Below are positions 47,197 through 55,551 of a stretch of DNA of 64,000 bases, piece after piece. This stretch comes from an uncultured Methanosarcinales archaeon (lineage in GTDB: Archaea > Nanobdellota > Nanobdellia > Woesearchaeales > GW2011-AR15): the NCBI GenBank assembly GCA_964441565.1, contig CAYTWW010000002.1, positions 88,032-152,031 of the forward strand. The letters are read 5' to 3'. Within the stretch, counting starts at the first letter, position 1, and each line of letters opens with the position of its first letter. The notes below the pieces were generated by a model. That model was not told where the DNA came from. It did not search any database and saw nothing but the letters and a program-made list of their open reading frames with translations. Both the position numbers and the translations under genes were made by a program.

Positions 47197-47447
47197 CACG
47201 GGAGCAGGAGATAGAGAAGATCAAGCAGCGCAACAGGCGTGTCGAGCTTGAGAAAGCCTGGGAGACCAGCTTGACCAGGAAGGTCTCCATATCGATACTG
47301 ACTTATGTATTCTTTGTCGTGTTCTTCCACGTATTCGGATTTTCCTACCCTTTGAGGGACGCAGCTGTCCCGACACTCGCTTTCCTCCTGTCCACTGCCT
47401 CGCTTTCTGCAGTGAAGAGGATCTGGCTCTCCAGACGCAAAGATTGA
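47193..47447 (+). CDS. Small membrane protein
   Basis: RNRRVELEKAWETS followed by two TM helices. Confidence 0.75.
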   Translation: MTREQEIEKIKQRNRRVELEKAWETSLTRKVSISILTYVFFVVFFHVFGFSYPLRDAAVPTLAFLLSTASLSAVKRIWLSRRKD

Positions 47448-47473
47448 TATATAGTAACTGAGTGATATGCCTT

Positions 47474-47509
47474 ATGTCAGGTGATTGCCGCTGGCAATGT
47501 CATTCTTAA
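47474..47509 (+). other. Candidate micro-ORF MSGDCRWQCHS (Trp-codon leader, copy 1)
   Basis: ATG about 21-30 nt after TTGATATATA; shares GGTGATTGCCGCTGGC with copy 2. Confidence 0.35.
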
Positions 47510-47663
47510 GATAGTCGGAAGCATAATGTTTGGGTATTGGAGTCCTCCAGTTGTCAGATTAAACTAAGATATTGCAAAATAGATATATTTAGTTCCCTTT
47601 ACAAAAATAAAGCATATATTCAACTGGAAAAGCTTAAATATAATCGAAATATACCTTTTTTTC

Positions 47664-47735
47664 ATGAACGGTGATTGCCGCTGGCCAGGTATACTTCATC
47701 AATATACTGGACAGAGTGAAGAACCGTTATTCTGA
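47664..47735 (+). other. Candidate trpB leader peptide MNGDCRWPGILHQYTGQSEEPLF
   Basis: ATG about 24-30 nt after GAAAAGCTTAAATA BRE/TATA; Trp codon; alternative stems downstream. Confidence 0.45.
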
Positions 47736-47800
47736 ATGTTGGCCTGGTAGTTTACAGGCTGTAGGATCATGTTACAACAATACTAGATGAGGTGTTTACT

Positions 47801-48952
47801 ATGAAAGGATATTTCGGAGAATATGGAGGCCAGCATGTGCCTGGTGAGATGAAGCAGAGACTTGATGAGCTTGAAAAGGCATTCGAGCAGGCGATCAAGG
47901 ATCCAGCCTTTGGGAGGGAACTGAGGGAACTCTTGAAAGATTATGTAGGAAGGCCTTCGCCGCTCTACCATGCCCACAAGCTTTCGACACGTTTCGGCGC
48001 GAAGATCTACCTAAAGCGAGAGGACCTCAATCACACAGGAGCACACAAGATAAACAACGCAATAGGCCAGGCACTCCTCGCAAAGCGGATGGGAAAGAGG
48101 AGGATGATTGCAGAGACAGGCGCAGGACAGCATGGCGTCGCGACAGCCACAGTGGCAGCACTCATGGGGATGGACTGCGAGATATTCATGGGAGAAGTGG
48201 ATGCTGAGAAGCAGCGGATGAACCTTCTCAGGATGCAGCTCCTCGGCGCGAAAGTCACTGTTGTGAAAGAAGGTCAGCGGACCCTCAAGGAAGCAGTAGA
48301 TGCAGCCCTGGACTCCTACGTCAGGGAGAAGGACACGTTCTATCTCCTCGGAAGCGCTGTCGGACCTCATCCATATCCGACTATAGTCAGGCATTTCCAG
48401 AGGGTGATAGGAGAAGAGGCCAAAGCCCAGATCATGGAGCAGGAAGGCCGCATACCTGATTTTCTTGTGGCATGTGTTGGCGGAGGATCAAATGCCATCG
48501 GCCTCTTCCATGCATTCTCAGGCTCCAGCGCTAAGATGATAGGAATAGAGCCTGCCGGAAGAGGGCTTGGAACAGGGAAGCATGCAGCAACCCTGACTCT
48601 TGGAAAGCCAGGCATCATCCATGGCTTCTATTCCTACCTGCTGACAGACAAGGACGGAAAGCCTGCAGATGTCTACAGCATCGCATCAGGTCTTGATTAT
48701 CCTGGTGTCGGACCTGAGCACAGCCATCTGAAGGACATAGGAGCAGCTGAATATGTGACTATCACAGACTCAGAGGCTATCGATGCATTCCATATCTGCT
48801 CAGAGGAGGAAGGCATAATCCCTGCGCTTGAGAGCAGCCATGCCCTCGCCCATGCCTTCAAGCTGGCAGAAAGGAACAGGGACAGCATCATAATAGTCAA
48901 CCTATCTGGAAGGGGGGACAAGGATGTCGATTTTGTCTGCAGCATGTCATAG
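47801..48952 (+). CDS. trpB: Tryptophan synthase beta chain (TrpB1 type), no adjacent trpA
   Basis: [19 protein letters not shown] lysine, [41 protein letters not shown]. Confidence 0.97.
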   Translation: MKGYFGEYGGQHVPGEMKQRLDELEKAFEQAIKDPAFGRELRELLKDYVGRPSPLYHAHKLSTRFGAKIYLKREDLNHTGAHKINNAIGQALLAKRMGKRRMIAETGAGQHGVATATVAALMGMDCEIFMGEVDAEKQRMNLLRMQLLGAKVTVVKEGQRTLKEAVDAALDSYVREKDTFYLLGSAVGPHPYPTIVRHFQRVIGEEAKAQIMEQEGRIPDFLVACVGGGSNAIGLFHAFSGSSAKMIGIEPAGRGLGTGKHAATLTLGKPGIIHGFYSYLLTDKDGKPADVYSIASGLDYPGVGPEHSHLKDIGAAEYVTITDSEAIDAFHICSEEEGIIPALESSHALAHAFKLAERNRDSIIIVNLSGRGDKDVDFVCSMS

Positions 48953-49011
48953 AAATCCTCTGAAGGCGCATTTGTGATACTTTTTTATTTTCTTGAGAAT
49001 ACTTGATTGAA

Positions 49012-49782
49012 ATGAAGCTCGAAGATGCGGCAAGGGCTGTACGGCAGATCTATCTGGATAGAGGGATCAATCTCAGCATGTACCTGGAGAAAGAGCTGCC
49101 TATGGATATCGATATCAAGGAAATCTTCCCAAGAGAGACTTTGCATCTCTTCGATCAGTACAGAGATTCTCCCGAAGGAGGACTTTCATTTTCAGAAGGA
49201 TTCGACTTCGAGAAGAGCAACAGGCAGCGAAGGCAGATACTCTATCTCCAGGAGAAGGCTGCTGAGCTTATCAGAGAAGCCGCTCCAGAGAAGATACTCT
49301 CGCTTGGGATCGGCGATGGTGTGACAGCTGCGAAGTACGCAGGCCATGCCACGTTTGTCACAGGCATAGATATGCATGCAGAGTTCCTGGCCAAGGCACG
49401 TTCATCGATACCTGGGCTTGTGCGAGTCCAGGCTGATCTTGAATCTCCCCTCCCTCTCCCGGATGCATCATTCGACGCAGCAGAATGCATCATGGTCAGC
49501 CATCATATCAGGCGATTCAGGGAGTTGATATCAGAAGCTGCACGGATGCTGAGACCAGGAGGGATATTCATCCTTGGAGACATCTGCGACATGACTCTCG
49601 CAAGTGGGAATATGACATTCCCTGAGGCGCACATGCATCCGCCTTTTCATGGCATCGAATTCTATCGAAGCCACTCAAGGATGATGGAAGAGCTGTCTGT
49701 CTTTTTCGATCAATATTTCTATGAGAGAGTATGCCCAAGCCTGGTACTTATTGGAGGGAAGAGACATGGACAACATCGATGA
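49012..49782 (+). CDS. Class I SAM-dependent methyltransferase
   Basis: ILSLGIGDG, TGIDM, ADLESPLPLPDASFD, RMLRPGG. Confidence 0.85.
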   Translation: MKLEDAARAVRQIYLDRGINLSMYLEKELPMDIDIKEIFPRETLHLFDQYRDSPEGGLSFSEGFDFEKSNRQRRQILYLQEKAAELIREAAPEKILSLGIGDGVTAAKYAGHATFVTGIDMHAEFLAKARSSIPGLVRVQADLESPLPLPDASFDAAECIMVSHHIRRFRELISEAARMLRPGGIFILGDICDMTLASGNMTFPEAHMHPPFHGIEFYRSHSRMMEELSVFFDQYFYERVCPSLVLIGGKRHGQHR

Positions 49783-50479
49783 CAGGATATTCTCGCTTTT
49801 CCGCAGACGTAGGAAGCGCTCCGAGCACAGGATAGATATGCTGCAGCTGAACACCCGCAAGACCGGCACCCCAATATTCTACATCATGGGCTATGGATCA
49901 GCGCCGTCCCTTTTCATGCCTGCTGCATCCAGGCTCAAGCATCCTGTCTTCGGTCTCACATATCCTGACAGCATCCTCTCAGGCGATGCAGATCAGACCC
50001 TGAAGACATTCGAGCTCATTGACAGGGCATTCAGCGCATCTGGTGACGGTGAAGCCTATACATTCGGCACATCCCTCGGGAGCTTCATCTCAGTATTCCT
50101 CGCATCAAGGCACAAGAGGATAACCAGGATGATACTCAGCGTGGGAGGAGCAAGCGTCGCTGAGACTGTATGGAACAACCCCAACATGTCACTGATAAGG
50201 CTTAAGCTTGAGAGGAAGTATTCCCTCTCTGATCTCAAGGAGAAGTGGGCTGATATCGAACCAGGCAATCTTGCCACAGAAGTCAGGGACAGGAAGATCC
50301 TTATCTATGAATCGAAGACTGACATATTGGTCAGGCATGAGAACCAGAAAGCGCTGACCCAGGCGCTGTCTGCAGGCAACCAAGTCAAGGTCAGGACAAG
50401 CAGGATGTTTGGCCACTACATCACTGCGATCAGGAGCGCGTATGATTTCAAGGAGATCCAGGATTTCTATGATAGCTGA
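49766..50479 (+). CDS. Alpha/beta hydrolase
   Basis: GTSLG nucleophile elbow, D and GH catalytic candidates. Confidence 0.8.
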   Translation: MDNIDDRIFSLFRRRRKRSEHRIDMLQLNTRKTGTPIFYIMGYGSAPSLFMPAASRLKHPVFGLTYPDSILSGDADQTLKTFELIDRAFSASGDGEAYTFGTSLGSFISVFLASRHKRITRMILSVGGASVAETVWNNPNMSLIRLKLERKYSLSDLKEKWADIEPGNLATEVRDRKILIYESKTDILVRHENQKALTQALSAGNQVKVRTSRMFGHYITAIRSAYDFKEIQDFYDS

Positions 50480-51122
50480 AAATATCTACGACCTTAAGAG
50501 GGAGCTTGGCGATGTCACCCTTGTCGCAGTCACAAAGACAAGACCGGCAGAAGATATCATCGCAGCCTTGGATGCTGGTGCTGGATTCATCGGTGAGAAT
50601 CGCGTCCAGGAGGCAGTCGGAAAATTTCCAGGCATAGCTAAGAAGATTGAAGAGAAGGATGCAGAGTTCCACCTGATAGGTCATCTCCAGACTAACAAGG
50701 TGAAGCAGGCTGTCCATATATTCGACGTCATCCAGTCCGTCGATTCACTTAGGCTGGCAGAGGAGATCGATAGGAGAGCCTCTGAGACTGGCAAGATCCA
50801 GCGCATACTGCTCCAGGTCAACATCGGCCAGGAATCACAGAAATCAGGAGCTGATCCGGAAGCTGCGATAGATTTATTAAAGCATCTGACCAAGCTCAAT
50901 TCCATCAAGGTCGAAGGGATGATGTGCATCGCTCCTTATTCAGTTGACCCAGAAGACTCAAGACCATATTTCAGGAAGATGCAATCCCTCTTCATCGAGG
51001 CAAACAGGATCCTTGGCATGAAGACTCTCTCGATGGGCATGACAGGCGACTATCGTGTCGCCATGGAGGAAGGCTCCACGATGGTGAGGATCGGCACAGG
51101 AATATTCGGTGGACGAACATGA
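50469..51122 (+). CDS. yggS: YggS/PLPBP pyridoxal-phosphate homeostasis protein
   Basis: VAVTKT, GENRVQE, HLIGHLQTNK, LSMGMTGD, VRIGTGIFG. Confidence 0.95.
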   Translation: MIAENIYDLKRELGDVTLVAVTKTRPAEDIIAALDAGAGFIGENRVQEAVGKFPGIAKKIEEKDAEFHLIGHLQTNKVKQAVHIFDVIQSVDSLRLAEEIDRRASETGKIQRILLQVNIGQESQKSGADPEAAIDLLKHLTKLNSIKVEGMMCIAPYSVDPEDSRPYFRKMQSLFIEANRILGMKTLSMGMTGDYRVAMEEGSTMVRIGTGIFGGRT

Positions 51123-52864
51123 GGATCATAATATCAAAAGAGCTCAGGCAAAGGTATCCTGGATTCAATGCGCATGCAGTAGTGTGCAGAGATGTGAAGG
51201 CACGAGAACTTGACAGCGAAAGGAAAGCTGTCGAGCTATCGATCAGGAAAAGCACGAACACGTCCGATATCCATCTTATACGAGATTATAACGAGTTCTT
51301 CAGCCAGTATGGAAAGAAGGTCCCTCTTGAATTCCAGATGGACTCGATCATCAAGGGGAAGAATATCTCAGCAGAGAATCCTCTTGCTGAGCTTTTGTTC
51401 ATGCTGGAGATGAAGCATGCAACGATGATCTCAGGCCATGAGCTGAGCCTGGCAGATCAGGAGCTAAGGTTCGAGATCGGGAAAGGGACTGAAGAATATG
51501 TGAAGCTCGGTGGCAAGCCGCAGAAGATCAAAGAGGGAGATATCCTACTCAAGAGCTCAGGCAGGATCCTCGCATCCCTGCTCTATGGCCCTGATGATAG
51601 CTCAAAGATGAACAAGTCTACAAAGGACATCGTATTTGTCATCTGGTTCTATAAGCCAGCACCTGGCGGCCTTGTCGAAGCGATTGCCTCTGACATTGAG
51701 AGCAATCTCCACGGTTCCACAGACCATTCTGTCGCGTCAGAGGATGAGAAGGAATACACAGTCACACCTTGGGAGGTCAAGGGTGACATCGATTATGGCA
51801 AGCTGATAAAAGATTTTGGCGTGAAGCCAATCGACCAGAAGATCAGGGAGAGGATCAGGAAGATCACTGAAGATGAGCACATGTTCATCAGGAGGAATAT
51901 CTTCTTCGCGCATATGTACATGAACGAGCTGCTCGATGAGTATGAGAAAGGCAATAAGTTCTATCTCTACACAGGACGTGCGCCATCAGGACCGGTCCAT
52001 CTTGGCCACCTTATCCCCTGGGTCTTCACGAAGTGGCTCCAGGATGCTTTTGATGTGCATCTTCTGTTCCAGATACCGGACGAAGAGAAGTTCCTATTCA
52101 AGAAGAACCTTACATTGAAGGAGACGAAGGACTGGGCATACGAGAATATCCTGGATATAATCGCAGTAGGCTTTGATCCTATGAAGACGAAGATATTCCT
52201 TGACACAGAATATGCAGGGCATATGTATGGGCTTGCCTGCCAGGCAGCGAAGAAGATGACATTCTCGACTATCAGGAGCACATTCGGGTTCAATGATTCG
52301 AACAACATCGGGACAATATTCTATACTGCCATGCAGTCAGTCCCTGCATTCCTCCCAACTGAGATGGAAGGGAAGAAGACCCGTGTGTTGATTCCATGCG
52401 CGATAGATCAGGATGTGCATTTCAGGCTCACAAGGGATGTGGCGGAGAGTCTTGGCTATCCAAAGCCTGCGACGATACTATGCAGGTTCCTCCCAGCCCT
52501 TTCAGAAGGAGGGAAGCTATCAAGCTCAGGAGAAGCAGACACGACGATCTGGGCTACAGACACACCTGCCCAGGTCAAAAAGAAAGTCCTCAGATATGCA
52601 TTCTCTGGCGGACGCGACACTGTCGAAGAGCACAGGAAGCTGGGAGGGAACCCTGATATCGACGTCGCATATCAATGGCTGACATTCTTTGAGGAGGATG
52701 ACAGGAAGCTCAAGCAGGTGCATGATGACTACAGATCAGGCAAGCTGCTCTCAGGAGAACTGAAGCTCATGCTGGTGGAGCAGCTCAACAGATTCCTGGC
52801 AGAGCATCAGAAGCGCAGGCATGAGGCGAAGAAGCATATCGAGAAGTTCATGCTGAGGGATTAG
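51119..52864 (+). CDS. trpS: Tryptophanyl-tRNA synthetase (archaeal type) with N-terminal B3/4-like domain
   Basis: VTPWEV, YTGRAPSGPVHLGH, IPCAIDQD, GKLSSS, AFSGGR; N-terminal ~210 aa with GHEL..EEYVKLG..EGDILL..YGPDD resembling PheRS-beta B3/4. Confidence 0.93.
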   Translation: MRIIISKELRQRYPGFNAHAVVCRDVKARELDSERKAVELSIRKSTNTSDIHLIRDYNEFFSQYGKKVPLEFQMDSIIKGKNISAENPLAELLFMLEMKHATMISGHELSLADQELRFEIGKGTEEYVKLGGKPQKIKEGDILLKSSGRILASLLYGPDDSSKMNKSTKDIVFVIWFYKPAPGGLVEAIASDIESNLHGSTDHSVASEDEKEYTVTPWEVKGDIDYGKLIKDFGVKPIDQKIRERIRKITEDEHMFIRRNIFFAHMYMNELLDEYEKGNKFYLYTGRAPSGPVHLGHLIPWVFTKWLQDAFDVHLLFQIPDEEKFLFKKNLTLKETKDWAYENILDIIAVGFDPMKTKIFLDTEYAGHMYGLACQAAKKMTFSTIRSTFGFNDSNNIGTIFYTAMQSVPAFLPTEMEGKKTRVLIPCAIDQDVHFRLTRDVAESLGYPKPATILCRFLPALSEGGKLSSSGEADTTIWATDTPAQVKKKVLRYAFSGGRDTVEEHRKLGGNPDIDVAYQWLTFFEEDDRKLKQVHDDYRSGKLLSGELKLMLVEQLNRFLAEHQKRRHEAKKHIEKFMLRD

Positions 52865-52867
52865 GCT

Positions 52868-53233
52868 TCATCGGGTCAGCGCCTGATATATGCCATAGAT
52901 GACTGCGCCACTTATCCCTGCTCCTAGTCCCATTTTGATCAGTTCTTTTTTTATGCTATATACAATATGATCCGGGACATCCTGGATATTCATATGCTCA
53001 AGAGATCTCCGTATTTGAGCGCAGGAACCGGGTTTTCTCCCTTCCATACGTCTTGCAAGATAGATCATATTCTCCAGTCCTTGATTCATGGAAGGCTTAG
53101 GCTGACTGTTCATGACAAGCTCGAGTTGCAGAGGAAGATAATGATGTGACAGATAATCTGTAAGTTGGTCAAGCAACATGCAAGGATGATATGATTTTCC
53201 TTTATTTAACCCTTCCGATGTATCTCTTGACAA
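52868..53233 (-). CDS. Hypothetical protein with C-terminal hydrophobic segment
   Basis: 121-aa ORF; start uncertain. Confidence 0.5.
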   Translation of the reverse strand: MSRDTSEGLNKGKSYHPCMLLDQLTDYLSHHYLPLQLELVMNSQPKPSMNQGLENMIYLARRMEGRKPGSCAQIRRSLEHMNIQDVPDHIVYSIKKELIKMGLGAGISGAVIYGIYQALTR

Positions 53234-54182
53234 ACATCAGAGAATAGACCTGGAAGAACACTCTGACAGGAAGCGCGAATAGCGCTGTGAGGAAGACGAA
53301 GGCGAAGACCATGATGACGAACAGGAGGCCACCGACCACGATGAGGGGAGCAAGCATTATCTCTGCCGCCTGATAGAACATATAGCCTATGCCGAAGATG
53401 ATGATGCCCACAAGCAGGAATACGAGAAGCAGCATTATGGCGATCAAAAGCTCTGCAATCACTCCGCCTAAGCCCAGTAGCAGGCGCATCAGCCAGTACA
53501 TAGCCAACTCTCCGAACTTCCCTTTAGCCTTCCCTTTGAACTTCTTCCATGCCTCTGTTAATGGGACATGATCAATATACATCACAGGGACAAGGAATTC
53601 ATCTACTACAAACAAGACTAAACCTGTCGTGATAGCGAAAAGAAGGAAACCGAACCCCATAGGCAGGAGAAACCACAAGTTGAAGTCTGCAAGCTCTCCT
53701 GCGAAGAATGATAGCAGGAGCGGAAGCAGTATCAACGCGAATGCTGTCATAGATATGAATCCGAATATCGTCCTGAAAAGAAATAGGCTCATACCCAGCC
53801 CCCTGTACCTGTCGAAGCTTTTCCTTATCCTTATCTCTCCCTTCTCGACACCCTCTACAAATGAGAACAGGAGGACTGAACTCAGGAATGATAGCAGAAG
53901 CCCGACCAGCAGGAGGATGGCGATGAGGATCCCGAATATCGCACCATGCTGATTGATTGCTGATAGTGCCTCGTTGTTGAATTGGATGATCGACTGCCTG
54001 AGATCCAGTGTTCCATGATCTCCTCCGGATCCTCCTGAATTACTGCCTGAATAATTGCCGCTGCTGCCTGACTTGGAGAATGAAAGGATCGCCATCCTGA
54101 TCCAATATCCCTTCTTGAATGGGAACAATAGCTTCTTCATCCTCTGGAATGCAGGACTGATGATCTCAGGAGCGAGTGTCAT
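53202..54182 (-). CDS. Multi-pass membrane protein
   Basis: AFQRMKKLLFPF..W, Gly/Ser loop, several TM helices. Confidence 0.8.
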   Translation of the reverse strand: MTLAPEIISPAFQRMKKLLFPFKKGYWIRMAILSFSKSGSSGNYSGSNSGGSGGDHGTLDLRQSIIQFNNEALSAINQHGAIFGILIAILLLVGLLLSFLSSVLLFSFVEGVEKGEIRIRKSFDRYRGLGMSLFLFRTIFGFISMTAFALILLPLLLSFFAGELADFNLWFLLPMGFGFLLFAITTGLVLFVVDEFLVPVMYIDHVPLTEAWKKFKGKAKGKFGELAMYWLMRLLLGLGGVIAELLIAIMLLLVFLLVGIIIFGIGYMFYQAAEIMLAPLIVVGGLLFVIMVFAFVFLTALFALPVRVFFQVYSLMFVKRYIGRVK

Positions 54183-54208
54183 ATCCTCTTCTTGGACAGC
54201 ATTCTTAT

Positions 54209-54904
54209 TTAAATCTTCTTGAAATATTCAAGCTCTGCCCTTGATAGAGGCCTTGTCTTGCCTGGCTTCAGGTCTCCCAGGGATATAGGCCCGACAGAGA
54301 CCCTGATAAGCCTCTTTACCTTGTAACCGATGTTCTCGAACATCCTTTTGACGATATGTTTCCTTCCCTCATGCAGCGAGATCTCTACGATATTCTCCGA
54401 GAGCCTCTTCATCTTGTCTGCCTTCGCAGGACCATCCTCGAGCGTCACTCCTTTCTTGAGCCTATCCGCATCCTCTGCTGTTATCGGCTTGTTGAGATGC
54501 GCCACATATTTCTTCTCAGTCTCATACCTTGGATGAGCGACCCTATTGGCGAAGTCGCCATCATTTGTCAGGATGATGAGCCCCTCCGCATCAAAATCCA
54601 GACGGCCTGCATAGAACAATCTCTCCTTTGACTCCAGGAATTCATATATGGTCTTCTTCCCGCCCCTGTCCTCTGCGCTTGTCACGACGAATCGGGGCTT
54701 GTTCATCGCCAGGTATATCTTCTGCTCTGCCCTGACAGGCTTGCCATTCACTGTGATCTCATCCTTCGCTGCATCGGCCTTGTCCCCGAGCTTAATCTGC
54801 TGGCCATTGACCTTGACGACGCCAGCTGAGATCAGTTCCTCCGCCTTCCTCTTTGAGCAGAGGCCTGACGCTGCGATTATCTTCTGTACCCTTTCCACAG
54901 CCAC
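54209..54904 (-). CDS. RsuA/RluB-family pseudouridine synthase (S4 domain plus catalytic domain)
   Basis: ERVQKIIAASGLCSKR, NKP, GRLDFDAEGL, EGRKHIVKRM. Confidence 0.93.
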   Translation of the reverse strand: MAVERVQKIIAASGLCSKRKAEELISAGVVKVNGQQIKLGDKADAAKDEITVNGKPVRAEQKIYLAMNKPRFVVTSAEDRGGKKTIYEFLESKERLFYAGRLDFDAEGLIILTNDGDFANRVAHPRYETEKKYVAHLNKPITAEDADRLKKGVTLEDGPAKADKMKRLSENIVEISLHEGRKHIVKRMFENIGYKVKRLIRVSVGPISLGDLKPGKTRPLSRAELEYFKKI

Positions 54905-54951
54905 TTGGTTGGGACAAAGATTTATATAGTTTTATGTCATCAGTCGGAGGC

Positions 54952-55191
54952 ATGGCTAAGCCGAAAGTGATCATCCCTCCGCTCTCAGGAGGCTATATGG
55001 CGTCGACGATGCTCGGTTTCTTCATCTCTGTCATATATGTGTGGAAGATCAGCCCGCCATGGGGCCTTGCATTCTCGATAGCGTTCGCAGCGATGTTCAT
55101 CTCTGCTGTCAAGTCGATGACAATGGCAGAGCCAGACATGTTTGTCGAGACAGAGATGAGATCAAAGAAATCTAAGAAGAAGGGAATTTGA
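54952..55191 (+). CDS. Small 2-TM membrane protein
   Basis: GGAGG SD, PLSGGYM..WGLAF. Confidence 0.7.
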   Translation: MAKPKVIIPPLSGGYMASTMLGFFISVIYVWKISPPWGLAFSIAFAAMFISAVKSMTMAEPDMFVETEMRSKKSKKKGI

Positions 55192-55477
55192 TATCGAATT
55201 TCTCCTTTGCCTTGTTCTCCTTGAAATAGACTGAATGCGACGCCCTCTTCTCGAATAGCGCGATTGCCACATTCATCATGTCGTTCTGGAACGGTTTTAG
55301 GTTCTTCTCCCGCATGATGGCCTTCGAGTCTTCGATGCATTGCTTGAGAACTTCGATATTCTCTCGTCTGGCTATCGCTTCCTGTTCTTTCTCTTCAGCA
55401 TCGTTCAGCGCGATCTCTTCCCACTTAGGATAGCCCCCTTTCGGGCTCTCTCTCGGAAATGATTTGTAGAACACCAT
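55172..55477 (-). CDS. Small hypothetical protein
   Basis: YPKWEEI...ALFEKRASH. Confidence 0.7.
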   Translation of the reverse strand: MVFYKSFPRESPKGGYPKWEEIALNDAEEKEQEAIARRENIEVLKQCIEDSKAIMREKNLKPFQNDMMNVAIALFEKRASHSVYFKENKAKEKFDIKFPSS

Positions 55478-55551
55478 AGCATCTGGGAATATGGTCCTAT
55501 AGAAAAAATTTCCTAGAAGTCTTTTTATATAATCATAGGTTACGCCTCACT

